Assembly: GCA_963775425.1 (NCBI GenBank) | Contig: CAVZJB010000017.1 | Coordinates: 320,001-384,000 of the forward strand | Origin: an uncultured delta proteobacterium | GTDB taxonomy: Bacteria > Myxococcota > UBA727 > VGSZ01 | DNA length: 64,000 bases | Reading direction: 5' to 3' | Shown: positions 1-10,477 of the stretch, in pieces | Position numbering within the stretch: position 1 is the stretch's first letter | Layout of the letters: every line of letters begins with the position of its first letter | Translations under genes and position numbers: made by a program | Notes under the pieces: generated by a model | Databases searched by the model: none | Told to the model about the DNA's origin: nothing | Seen by the model: the letters and a program-made list of their open reading frames with translations, nothing else

Positions 1-1
1 C

Positions 2-823
2 GTGTCCTTCGTCGACCGCTGCATGGCGCACACGCGCGACACGCGGCCCGACACGGTCGCGGAGGTCATCGAGGCGCTCGGCGATCTTCGCGCCCGCTAC
101 GACCTCGCGTCGGAGCGCGAGGTCGCCGGCTTCCTGCATGGCCTCTTCCCGGAAGAGGCGCGGCGCGACGCGGAGGCCGTCGAAGAAGCGGCGGCGACGA
201 TGTTGCCGCCGGCGGAGCTCGAGGGACGCATCACGCTGCTGGGCTTCGACCTCGACGCCTTCGCACAGGCCCGCCCGCCTGGCGCCGCAGGACCGGCGTT
301 CGAGGACGAGGCCACCCGACCCGACGCCCACCTCGAGGCGTGGGGCCGCGACGGGCGGGCGATGGTGCTCGTCGGCGGCGCCCGGCCGTTCTTCCTCGAC
401 CGCGCGCCGGTGACACAAGCGGAGCTCGCGCGCTTCCTCGACGAGACCGAGCGCCCTCCGCGCCCGGTGACGGCGCCGGCGCAGCCCGCGACCGGGGTCT
501 CCACCGAGGACGCCGAAGCCTTCGCCGCGTGGGCCGGGAAGCGCCTACCCACCGCGGAGGAGTGGGGGCGCGCCGTGGTGCGCGACGCGGAGAGCGCGCC
601 CGGCGATCGCGTCCTCGTCGCCGGCGTGTGGGAGTGGACGGCCACGGCGTTCGGCGCAGGCCGCGTCGTCCGCGGCGGCGCGTACCGCGACCGGCCCGGT
701 CAAGCGGCCCACCCCGGCAACGCCGCGTGGGAGGACCGGCCCGCCGACGACGTCGGCTTCCGCTGCGCCGCCGACGCCGACGCCGTCGGCATCATCCGCG
801 CCGTCGTGGAGGAGCAGCGCTGA
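2..823 (+). CDS. 5'-truncated protein: probable Ser/Thr kinase C-terminal tail followed by a formylglycine-generating-enzyme (SUMF1/FGE-sulfatase)-like domain
   Basis: FGE-family motifs FFLDRAPVTQAE, AEAFAAWAGKRLPTAEEW, GVWEWT, VVRGGAY, DVGFRCA; the N-terminal DRCMAHTRDTRP...VIEAL resembles kinase subdomain XI. Runs off the window start. Confidence 0.7.
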   Translation: MSFVDRCMAHTRDTRPDTVAEVIEALGDLRARYDLASEREVAGFLHGLFPEEARRDAEAVEEAAATMLPPAELEGRITLLGFDLDAFAQARPPGAAGPAFEDEATRPDAHLEAWGRDGRAMVLVGGARPFFLDRAPVTQAELARFLDETERPPRPVTAPAQPATGVSTEDAEAFAAWAGKRLPTAEEWGRAVVRDAESAPGDRVLVAGVWEWTATAFGAGRVVRGGAYRDRPGQAAHPGNAAWEDRPADDVGFRCAADADAVGIIRAVVEEQR

Positions 824-834
824 GGTGGGGCGCT

Positions 835-1788
835 TCAGTCAGGCTTCAGGATGCCGTGGCCGGCCACCACGGCGCGGTCGCGGCCCTGGCGCTTGGCGTC
901 GAAGAGCGCGCGATCCGCGGCCTCCAGGAGGTCGTCGGGGCCACGCAGCGAGTCGTCCTCGTTGGAGGCGAGGCCGATCGACAGCGTGACGCGCCGCGCC
1001 TCGCCCGTGAAGCGCTCGCGCTCCTTCGCCAGGCGCGCGCGCACGCGATCGCACACCGCGGCGGCCTGCGCCGACGTGGTGTGCGGCAAGAGCAGCACGA
1101 TCTCGTCGCCGCCGTAGCGCGCGCAGACATCCACCTCGCGGATGCTCGATTGCACGATCTGCGCGATGCCTTTGAGCACGTCGTCGCCGGCGATGTGGCC
1201 GTCTTTGTCGTTGACGAGCTTGAAGCCGTCGACGTCGAGGAACATCAGCGTGACCGCGTGCTTGTAGCGGCTCGACGTCGCCCACTCCCGCTTCAGCACG
1301 TCGTGAAAGTGGCGGCGGTTGTACAGGCCCGTGAGCGCGTCCGTCATCGCGAGCCGCTCGGTCTTGGTCAGCATCCCCTCGAGCTCGGTGTTTCGCTGGC
1401 GCAGCTCGACGCGCGCGTTGCGCGAGCGCAGCGCCGCGTACATGCGCGCCTCGAGCTCCTCCTCGTCGTAGGGCTTGGGGATGTAGTCGTCGGCGCCGAC
1501 GTGCAGCCCCTCCACGCGCTCCTTCACGTCGGTCTTCACGGTGAGCATGATGACGACGATGTCGCGCGTGCGCTCGCCCAGGCGCAGCCAGCGGCAGACG
1601 CTGTACCCGTCCATGCCGTCGAGGACCACGTCGAGGATGACGACGTCGGGCGGATCGGTCTTGATCTCGCGCAGCGCCTCGATGCCACCCGCCACCGCGC
1701 GCACCTCGTAGCCGCGATCGGTCAGGCGTGTCGCGAGGCGCTCGCGCTGCGCCTTGCTGTCCTCGACGACGAGCACCTTGGCCTTCAT
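835..1788 (-). CDS. Response regulator diguanylate cyclase (REC + GGDEF)
   Basis: REC (VLVVEDS, ILDVVLDGMDG, ADDYIPKP); TDALTGLYNRR, DVDGFKLVND, GH, I-site REVD, active site YGGDE. Confidence 0.93.
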   Translation of the reverse strand: MKAKVLVVEDSKAQRERLATRLTDRGYEVRAVAGGIEALREIKTDPPDVVILDVVLDGMDGYSVCRWLRLGERTRDIVVIMLTVKTDVKERVEGLHVGADDYIPKPYDEEELEARMYAALRSRNARVELRQRNTELEGMLTKTERLAMTDALTGLYNRRHFHDVLKREWATSSRYKHAVTLMFLDVDGFKLVNDKDGHIAGDDVLKGIAQIVQSSIREVDVCARYGGDEIVLLLPHTTSAQAAAVCDRVRARLAKERERFTGEARRVTLSIGLASNEDDSLRGPDDLLEAADRALFDAKRQGRDRAVVAGHGILKPD

Positions 1789-1830
1789 GGCCCAAGCGTA
1801 CCCTGATCCGCGGGCGGACGCGCCGGTGAC

Positions 1831-3378
<1,548 letters not shown>

Positions 3379-3421
3379 GGGCCATTCTCCGCGTCGTCGT
3401 GTTCCGACACCGGGGCCTAGC

Positions 3422-3952
3422 ATGAGCGAAGACCACCTCCAACGCTTTGCGCAGACCGTCGTCGAGCTGCAGGAGCAAAAGTCCCGTCGCATCGACGAGG
3501 ACACGGTGCGTCAGGTCGCGCTCGATCTGGGGATGACGGACGAGGAGATCCAGCAGGCCCGCGCGGAGAGCCACGCGCGCAAGGAGCGGGCGAAGGTGCT
3601 GCGTTCGTCGGGCAACCTCGACGACGCCATCCGCGAGCTGGAGCTCGGCTTCGGCTTCAACCCGCTCGACCTCGAGATCATCTACATGCTCGCCGACGGT
3701 CTGCACACACGCTCACAGAAGTCCGGCGACGCCGCGGAGTGGGCCCGCGCCAAGGACCTCTGCCTGCGCGTCATCGAGGCCGCGCCCGCGCACGCCGAGG
3801 CCCCGAGCCTCCTGAACGCCATCAACAACAACGACCCCGCCAAGAAGAGCGACAACTCCGCCCCCATCGCCGTCCTCGTCGGCGTCGGCGTCTTCGTCGT
3901 CATCCTCATCGGGCTCGCGCTCCACTTCCTCGTCGGGCTCTTCCAGGCGTGA
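3422..3952 (+). CDS. Hypothetical protein with TPR-like helices and a C-terminal transmembrane helix
   Basis: Host-like codon usage; GNLDDAIRELELGFGFNP and RVIEAAPAHAEA are TPR-like; hydrophobic tail IAVLVGVGVFVVILIGLALHFLVGLF. Confidence 0.65.
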   Translation: MSEDHLQRFAQTVVELQEQKSRRIDEDTVRQVALDLGMTDEEIQQARAESHARKERAKVLRSSGNLDDAIRELELGFGFNPLDLEIIYMLADGLHTRSQKSGDAAEWARAKDLCLRVIEAAPAHAEAPSLLNAINNNDPAKKSDNSAPIAVLVGVGVFVVILIGLALHFLVGLFQA

Positions 3953-4592
3953 GCGGTTCGGCCTGCGCCACGAACAGGCCCTGGCGCGCCATCGCCTTCA
4001 CCGACGCCGTCACCACGGACCTGGCGAGGTCCTTCGCGGTCCGCGGATCGAAGGTCTGGCTGCGGCTGGCCCACACGAGCTCGCCTTTGCCGCTGCCGAA
4101 GCGCGGATCCAGCGAGTACACGAGGGTCTCGAGCGTCACCACCGTCGTGGACGTCAGGTAGCCGGGCTCGTAGACGTCGGGCCAGCCGTAGCCCCACAGC
4201 GACCAGAGCCCCGGATACGCCGCGGGCGGCGTGCCCGGCGTCCACTGCATCTCATGGTTCACGTCGACGAGCCGCGTCACGATCATCGTGTCGAAGCCGG
4301 CCGCGCGCACCTCCTGCTGCGTCTTTTGCGTGTCGAAGATCTCGCCGTCCTTGAGCACCTTGTACGCGGGAACAGCGCCGGGGATGCGCGCTGCGAGCTC
4401 GTCCTCGACGGTGCGCCTCAGGACCTCGCTCTTGTTCATGAAGACGACGAGGGGGCGGTCGACGACCCCGGTCGTGAGCTCCGGGTCCTTCCACTCCGCC
4501 ACGATGTGAGTCGTCGGTGCGCAGGACGCACCGAGCGCGACGGCCGCGCCGGCGACGACGCCGAGCGGTGCGATTCGTCGGGTCGATCGCAT
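3906..4592 (-). CDS. Hypothetical lipoprotein (DUF4136-like fold possible)
   Basis: 3' part of ORF 3906..6629; GGAGG RBS before ATG 4592; lipobox ALGASC; RRTVEDEL, W/Y-rich loop, LETLVYSL...LVWASRSQT. Confidence 0.7.
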   Translation of the reverse strand: MRSTRRIAPLGVVAGAAVALGASCAPTTHIVAEWKDPELTTGVVDRPLVVFMNKSEVLRRTVEDELAARIPGAVPAYKVLKDGEIFDTQKTQQEVRAAGFDTMIVTRLVDVNHEMQWTPGTPPAAYPGLWSLWGYGWPDVYEPGYLTSTTVVTLETLVYSLDPRFGSGKGELVWASRSQTFDPRTAKDLARSVVTASVKAMARQGLFVAQAEPLTPGRARRGSGARAR

Positions 4593-4627
4593 AACGCCTC
4601 CATGTCGGGATGTACCAACGGGTCGCG

Positions 4628-6055
4628 TCAGCCCTGCGTGATCTCGAGGGTGCGCCAACGCCCGGTGCGAAAGCGCAACGCGAGCACGCCGGCGAGCAAC
4701 GCGAGATACACGACGAGCCACGCCACGGTGACGAGGTCGCCGGCGTGCACGACGCGCGCGGACACCCACGCCCCGGGCGCGAACACCAGCCAGGCAATCG
4801 CCGAGCGCGCAAGGAACGTGAACGAGGTGTCGCCCGCCGCGCGCAGGGCCTCCGCCAGCACCATCGACACGGCGTCGAAGAGCTGCCACGCGGCCGACAG
4901 CATCAGGATGCGCACGCCCATCTCGACGAACACCCGCTGCGTGTCGGCGTCGCGCACGAAGATGGACAGCATCGCGGCCGGTGCCGCCAGGCACAGGAGG
5001 CCCACGATGCCCTGCCACGTCGCCGCCGTCGCCATGGTCAAGCGCACTGTGCGCGGGACGTCGTCGTGCTTCTTGGCGCCGAGCGCCTGACCCACGAAGA
5101 TGGCGCCGGCGCTCGCCACCGCGAACGCCGGCATGAACGAGATGGATGTGAGCTGAAGCACCGCCATCACCGCCGCGAGCGCGGTGGTCCCGAGGCCGGC
5201 GACGACGACGTTCATGAAGAACGAGAAGGCCGCGAACTCCACGAACCAATTGAGGCCCGCCGGCACGCCGAAGCGCAACATGCGCCCGAGCTCGCCGAGG
5301 GAGAGCCGCCTGCTCGGCGCGCCCGCCGGCGGACGCGCGGCGCGCTCCTGCCCGATGCCCGCGAGGAAGCAAGCGAGGAGGAACGCGAACGCGATGAAGG
5401 TGGCGATGGTCGCGGCGAGGCCGGAGCCGGTGACGCCGAGGGCGGGCGCGCCGCAGTGGCCGTAGATGAGCACCCAGCACAGCGCGACGTTGAGCACCAT
5501 GGCGAGGACCTGCGCGACCATCGGCAGCCGCGTGTTGCCGAGGCCGCCGTAGTAGTTGCCGAGCGCTTCGAGCCCGACGGCGAAGCCGCACGACAGGAGG
5601 CGCATGCGCAGGTAGCCGGTCATGAGCAGGCGCACGTCGGCCGAGTAGTCGAGGTGCGCGAGCGCGACGTCGATGAACGGGAGCGCCGCGATGCCGGCCA
5701 CGGCGGCGGCGGCGGCGACGACGAGACCGTACCAGCCGTAGCGGCGCGCGCCGGCGTAGTCGCCGGCGCCCGCGAGCTGACTCGAAAACGACGACACGAT
5801 GAACGTCGTTCCCATGAAGAAGACGATGACGTTGAAGACGTTGGCGGCGCCGGTGGTGGTGGCGGCGAGCGCGCTCTCGCCGAGCCGCGCGCACATGGCG
5901 GCGTCGGTGAAGCCGACGACGACCTGGGCGCTGCGCGAGATGACGACGGGCCAGGCGAGCCCGAGCAGTTGCCCGACGGAGGGGCGCGTGACGATGCCTC
6001 CGGGAACGGCGGGTCGCGCGGGTTCGGGAGCCTCGGGGGGAGCGACGTCGTCCAT
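4628..6055 (-). CDS. MATE family efflux transporter
   Basis: LLGLAWPVV, DAAMCARLGESALAA, GLGNTRLPM, ALRAAGDT; about 12 hydrophobic segments. Confidence 0.9.
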   Translation of the reverse strand: MDDVAPPEAPEPARPAVPGGIVTRPSVGQLLGLAWPVVISRSAQVVVGFTDAAMCARLGESALAATTTGAANVFNVIVFFMGTTFIVSSFSSQLAGAGDYAGARRYGWYGLVVAAAAAVAGIAALPFIDVALAHLDYSADVRLLMTGYLRMRLLSCGFAVGLEALGNYYGGLGNTRLPMVAQVLAMVLNVALCWVLIYGHCGAPALGVTGSGLAATIATFIAFAFLLACFLAGIGQERAARPPAGAPSRRLSLGELGRMLRFGVPAGLNWFVEFAAFSFFMNVVVAGLGTTALAAVMAVLQLTSISFMPAFAVASAGAIFVGQALGAKKHDDVPRTVRLTMATAATWQGIVGLLCLAAPAAMLSIFVRDADTQRVFVEMGVRILMLSAAWQLFDAVSMVLAEALRAAGDTSFTFLARSAIAWLVFAPGAWVSARVVHAGDLVTVAWLVVYLALLAGVLALRFRTGRWRTLEITQG

Positions 6056-6099
6056 GCCGGTGGATTGCGCCTGACGACGTAGCAGGCGATGAGGCTGGC

Positions 6100-7179
6100 G
6101 TGAAGCAGGCCGCCCCCGCCAAGCCGCACCTGTTCGGGATGCTCCCCGCGGACCTCGTGGCTCTCCTGGCCGCGCGCGGCGTCGAGTGCAGCGCGGCGGA
6201 GGCGCGCCGGGTGCTCGGGCACGTCGTGTCCGACGGGAAGACCGATCTGCGCGCCATGAAGAAGCCGGTGCGGGCGGCGGTGCGCGACGCCGTCGACGCG
6301 TCGACGTCACGGGAGCGGCTCGAGGTCGTGGAGCGCGTCGTCGACGACGCCGACGGCTTCGAGAAGATCCTCCTGCGGTGTGCCGACGGGGCGTTGCACG
6401 AAGCCGTGCGGATCCCGCTGCACAAGCCCGGCCGCTTCACCGTGTGCCTCTCGTCGCAGGTGGGCTGCGCCATGGGTTGCGCCTTCTGCGCCACGGGGCG
6501 GCTCGGCCTCACGCGCAACCTGACGGCCGCCGAGATCGTCGGGGCGTTCGTCGCCGTGCGCGACGCGCTGCCGCCGGGCACGCGCATCTCGGGCGCGGTG
6601 TTCATGGGCCAGGGCGAGCCCCTGGCCAACTACGACGAGGTCATCCAGGCCGCGCGCGTGCTGTCGGACCCCTGCGGCGGCCGCGTCGAGCAGAAGGCCA
6701 TCTCCATCTCCACCGTCGGCCTCGTGCCGATGATCCGGCGCTACACCGACGAGGGGCACAAGTTCCGCCTCATCGTCTCGTTGACCTCGGCCATCGCGCA
6801 CAGGCGCAAGGCGCTCCTGCCGGTGGCGGGCCAGTACGACCTCGACGACGTCGCCGGCGCCATCCGGGATTACCAGGCGCGCGCGGGCGGCCGCGTGACG
6901 GTGGCGTGGGTGCTGCTCGGCGGCGTGAACACCGGCGCCGACGAGGTGGACGCGCTGCGCGCGCTCCTCGCGGGGGTGCCGTTGCGGCTGAACCTCATCG
7001 ACGTGAACGACGCGCGCCCCGACGGCTTCGCCCGCGCCGCCCCCGAGGAGCTCTCGCGCTTCCTCGACGCGCTCCAGCTCCTCGGGCAGCCCGTGGTGCG
7101 GCGCTATTCGGGCGGCAGAAACCGGCACGCGGCGTGTGGGATGCTCGCGGCCACGCGCTTCGAGGAACCGCGGGTGTAA
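6100..7179 (+). CDS. RlmN/Cfr-family radical SAM RNA methyltransferase-like protein
   Basis: TVCLSSQVGCAMGCAFCATG (CxxxCxxC), RNLTAAEI, FMGQGEPLANY, ISTVG, AACGML. Confidence 0.88.
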   Translation: MKQAAPAKPHLFGMLPADLVALLAARGVECSAAEARRVLGHVVSDGKTDLRAMKKPVRAAVRDAVDASTSRERLEVVERVVDDADGFEKILLRCADGALHEAVRIPLHKPGRFTVCLSSQVGCAMGCAFCATGRLGLTRNLTAAEIVGAFVAVRDALPPGTRISGAVFMGQGEPLANYDEVIQAARVLSDPCGGRVEQKAISISTVGLVPMIRRYTDEGHKFRLIVSLTSAIAHRRKALLPVAGQYDLDDVAGAIRDYQARAGGRVTVAWVLLGGVNTGADEVDALRALLAGVPLRLNLIDVNDARPDGFARAAPEELSRFLDALQLLGQPVVRRYSGGRNRHAACGMLAATRFEEPRV

Positions 7180-7188
7180 GCTCGCGAC

Positions 7189-8991
7189 GTGAGCGACGAC
7201 GGGAACAAGAAGGGCGCGCCGGACGACAAGACCGTCCCGATGCCCGTGTTCGACCCGAACAAGGCCGTCGACGACGACAAGACCGTGAACCGGCCCCCGG
7301 CGGGTCACGAGGGCTCGGCCGTGCGCGTTCGCATCCCGAGCGCCAGCTTCGACGACGACGTGGCGCAGCGGAAGGTGCCGGCGCGCCCGGCGCGCACGCT
7401 GACCCCGGCGGCGGCGCCGGCGCCGAAGAAGGCCGCGCCCAGGCCCGTGGACGCTTCGCCGTCGAGCGTGTTCAGCGACGGCGGGCCGGCGCCACCGGCG
7501 TCGCGCCCCGATCGCTCGGGGACCAAGAAGGTCGAGCCCATCCTCGTGTCGGAGGCGGACCGGGCAGAGCCCGACGAGCCGACGGTGGCGCGCCTGCCCG
7601 ACCTGCCGCCGACCGCGGCGACGCAGGCGGCGGACATCTCGCTGTTCGAGGGCTTCTCGGATCTCGACCGCGCCCGCGTCGACCCGGTCTCGGAGCTCGG
7701 CAAGGCGGAGGACTTCACGCAGGAGGCGGCGCCGCCGATGAAGCCCGAGGAGATCGAGTCGATCCCCACGGCGCCGATCCCGATGCTCACGGGCATGCAC
7801 GAAAACCTCCGGAACGACGAGCCGTCGTTCCCGAAGGAGCGCCCCGACGCCGCGCCGACCACGCAACCCGACGGCGCCGCCGTCCCCGACGTCACCGCGA
7901 TCGCGAGCGACGCCGCGCCTGCTGCTCCCCAGGCGCTCGCCGACGTCACTGCGCCCATCGCGCCGCTGGCGCAGGCGCCGACGGCGCAAGCGCGCGACGC
8001 GCCGGTGGACCGCACGGCGCCGTTCATGCCGCCGACGTCGCGGGCGCTGGTCGCGGGCGCGGCGGAGAGCGCCGCGCTGCCGCCGCCGACGTCGCGCAAC
8101 CGCATCGCCGAGGACCCCACGGTCCTGAAAGCGCCGCCGCCGGCCCCGAAGAAGAAGACGTCGCCGTTGTTGATCGCGCTGTTCGCGGGTCTCGGCACCG
8201 TCGCCGTGGGCGCCCTCGTCGTCATCGTCGTCGCCGCCTCAGGCTACCGGGTCGACCACACGCCGCCGCCGACGGCGCCGACGACGAAGCCATCGGTGAC
8301 GACGACACAGCCGGGCGGCACGGCCACCGAAGGACCGACCGCGACGCCCGACGCGACCCCGCCGCCGAACGAGACGCCGCCGACCGGGACCCCGCCGACC
8401 GCGACGCCCGACGCGACCCCGCCGACCGCGACGCCGGACGCGACGCCGCCGACCGCGACGCCGGACGCGACCCCGCCGACCGCGACGCCGGACGCGACCC
8501 CGCCGACCGCGACGCCCGACGCGACCCCGCCGACCGCGACGCCGGACGCGACCCCGCCGACCGCGATGCCCGACGCGACCGAAGCCACGCCTGCGCAGCA
8601 CGCGCCGGCGATCGTGCACGCGCCGCGCACGAGGCCCGCGGACGGCTTCGGCCCGTTCTACGACCACAGCGGCTACGGCGCGGCGAGCGCCTTGGCGAAG
8701 GGCGCCCGCGGCTGCCTCGGCAGCAACCCCTTCGGCGACAGCACCGTCGGCCTGCGCGGCGACGTGCGCCGGGCCGTGGTCCACCACAAGGACAAGAAGC
8801 TCGACGTCACGCTCGAGTGCTCCTTCATCGTCTACGACGAGACCGGCGGCCGCGCGACGCTCGGCGCCACCGCCCACGTCGTCGACGACGACAGCAAGGG
8901 CCGCCGCGCCGTCGTCACCGACGCCGCCACGCGCTGCGCCAAGAGCCTCGACGCGGACCTGCGCACCGCGGTCGAGCGCGCGCGGCGCTAG
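7189..8991 (+). CDS. Hypothetical bitopic membrane protein with a disordered acidic/Pro-rich N-terminus and a Thr/Pro repeat stalk
   Basis: KKK followed by a single TM (LLIALFAGLGTVAVGALVVIVVAA), then TATPDATPP repeats and a small C-terminal domain. Confidence 0.7.
   Translation: MSDDGNKKGAPDDKTVPMPVFDPNKAVDDDKTVNRPPAGHEGSAVRVRIPSASFDDDVAQRKVPARPARTLTPAAAPAPKKAAPRPVDASPSSVFSDGGPAPPASRPDRSGTKKVEPILVSEADRAEPDEPTVARLPDLPPTAATQAADISLFEGFSDLDRARVDPVSELGKAEDFTQEAAPPMKPEEIESIPTAPIPMLTGMHENLRNDEPSFPKERPDAAPTTQPDGAAVPDVTAIASDAAPAAPQALADVTAPIAPLAQAPTAQARDAPVDRTAPFMPPTSRALVAGAAESAALPPPTSRNRIAEDPTVLKAPPPAPKKKTSPLLIALFAGLGTVAVGALVVIVVAASGYRVDHTPPPTAPTTKPSVTTTQPGGTATEGPTATPDATPPPNETPPTGTPPTATPDATPPTATPDATPPTATPDATPPTATPDATPPTATPDATPPTATPDATPPTAMPDATEATPAQHAPAIVHAPRTRPADGFGPFYDHSGYGAASALAKGARGCLGSNPFGDSTVGLRGDVRRAVVHHKDKKLDVTLECSFIVYDETGGRATLGATAHVVDDDSKGRRAVVTDAATRCAKSLDADLRTAVERARR
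8395..8580 (+). repeat. 27-bp tandem repeat (about 7 units, plus one isolated copy at about 8335) encoding PTATPDATP
   Basis: Unit ccgaccgcgacgcc(c/g)gacgcgac(c/g)ccg read directly. Confidence 0.92.
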
Positions 8992-8993
8992 CC

Positions 8994-10349
8994 CTACAGC
9001 GACGCGAAGATGTCGAGCACGTTCCCCACGCGCGTGCGCCACGCGCTCTCGTTGTGCGGGGCGCCTTCCTGGATGACGTAGAACAGGTCGGTGCCGTCGA
9101 CGTATCCCTGGCTCCGCAACAGGTCGCGCATCTGCGCGGTCTCACAGGAGTTGTCGCCGGCGTCGACGTCGTCGTCGATGCCGTCGCCGTCGAGGTCGGC
9201 GCAGCCCGAGGCGGTGCCGCCGGAGTCGAGGTAGATGACGGTCTCTCTGTGGCCGGCACCGGTGTAGCGATCGATGATCGTGTCATCGTTGTCGACGTCG
9301 AAGCTGCCCCAGCCGAGCGTCCCCGAGAGGCTCGCGGCGAACGCGTACGCCCCCGGGTTCCTGTCGGCGATGTCGAGGCTCACGAGGCCACCGAGCGAGC
9401 TCCCCATCACGCCCACGGGCCCGGGCTCGCCGTAGACGCGGCGGATGAGCGGGCGCACCACCTGCTCGAGGAGCTGGTCGTACGCCGCCGAGCCGCCGCC
9501 CTCCCCCGGCGGCGGCCCGCCCAGGAGCTCCGGCACCGGCGTGTACTCGAAGACGCGATCCGCGGTGTTGTCGATCCCGACGACCATCACGCCGTCCGGA
9601 ATGGACTCCTCGATGTGCCAGCCGCTCCCGTCGAAGGACAGCGGCGGGTCCCAGAGGTTCTGGCCGTCGTGCGCGTACATCACGCGCGTCACCGGGCCCG
9701 GCGGAAAGAGCACGCGCACGGTGCGCGGCGCGAGGCCGAACCCGCCCACGCCGAAGTGCCGCTCGCGCCCGCCGCTCTGCCCGGCCTGCCCCACGGCGGC
9801 GCGCGACGTGAGCGACAGCTCGCCGAAGTCGTCCCACGTATACGCGCGTGAAAATGCGTCCGCCGCGAACGTCGTCCCGTCGGTGAATTTGTAGCCGGTG
9901 CCGTCGGGCGCCGCGCGCACCAACCACGCGAACGTCCCCTCGTCGTTCATCGGCTCGGGCACCCAGTCGTTCAAATCGCCCGCGAGCTCGCGCAGCCCGC
10001 CGGTGGTGACGAACAGCGTCCCCTCGTCGAAGCGCGCCGGCAGCCCGCGGCTCTGCGTGAGCGCCAGGAGCGCGCCGTCCGGATCCGCGCGGAGCGCGGC
10101 CAGGGTGTCGTCGAGGGTGTCGAAGGGATCGCCTTCGCCCTCGCCCTCGCCTTCTCCTTCTCCTTCTCCTTCTCCTTCTCCCTCTCCCTCTCCCTCTCCT
10201 TCTCCCTCTCCTTCTCCCTCTCCTTCTCCCTCGCCCGGATCGTCGGCCGCGGGCGGCGGGGGCGGCGGGGGCGGCGGGGTCTCCTCGAGGTCGTCGAGGC
10301 AGGCGGCGAGAGGGACGAGCAGGGCCGCGAGGAGAGCGAGGCGGTGCAT
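8994..10349 (-). CDS. Lipoprotein alpha/beta-hydrolase (Fes/IroE-like esterase family) with poly-Pro and (GE)n linker
   Basis: Lipobox PLAAC; YAHDGQNLW, VVGIDNTADR..EYTP, GSSLGG nucleophile elbow, IYLDSG, HNESAWRTR. Confidence 0.85.
   Translation of the reverse strand: MHRLALLAALLVPLAACLDDLEETPPPPPPPPPAADDPGEGEGEGEGEGEGEGEGEGEGEGEGEGEGEGEGEGDPFDTLDDTLAALRADPDGALLALTQSRGLPARFDEGTLFVTTGGLRELAGDLNDWVPEPMNDEGTFAWLVRAAPDGTGYKFTDGTTFAADAFSRAYTWDDFGELSLTSRAAVGQAGQSGGRERHFGVGGFGLAPRTVRVLFPPGPVTRVMYAHDGQNLWDPPLSFDGSGWHIEESIPDGVMVVGIDNTADRVFEYTPVPELLGGPPPGEGGGSAAYDQLLEQVVRPLIRRVYGEPGPVGVMGSSLGGLVSLDIADRNPGAYAFAASLSGTLGWGSFDVDNDDTIIDRYTGAGHRETVIYLDSGGTASGCADLDGDGIDDDVDAGDNSCETAQMRDLLRSQGYVDGTDLFYVIQEGAPHNESAWRTRVGNVLDIFASL
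10131..10235 (-). repeat. (Gly-Glu)n coding hexamer repeat, about 17 units
   Basis: Pyrimidine tract (tctcct/tctccc/tcgccc)n on the + strand. Confidence 0.92.
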
Positions 10350-10477
10350 CGCGCGAGCATGCAGCGCCGTTCGCCGCATGCAACGGGAAGGCCGCAATCG
10401 TGCAACGTTTCTGCGAACGTGCCGCGGAAGGGTTGTGACCGGGCCCGGCGCGGAGTAGCCGACGCCCGGAGGGATCC

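Noticed and set aside
8335-8580. 27-bp repeats as a CRISPR array
   Set aside because: The units are contiguous with no spacers, lie in frame in a CDS, and no cas genes are present
6186-9851. Very long alternative-frame and antisense ORFs (e.g. 6186..9851, 25781..28828, 43928..46600)
   Set aside because: Arg/Ala/Gly-rich shadow ORFs expected in high-GC DNA; they overlap well-supported genes and carry no motifs
10240-10280. G-rich run as a G-quadruplex element
   Set aside because: Explained by the poly-Pro codons of the esterase on the minus strand
10379-10420. tgcaacg repeats upstream of DUF47-pit as a Pho box
   Set aside because: They do not resemble the CTGTCAT-type repeat and the 11-bp periodicity is incomplete
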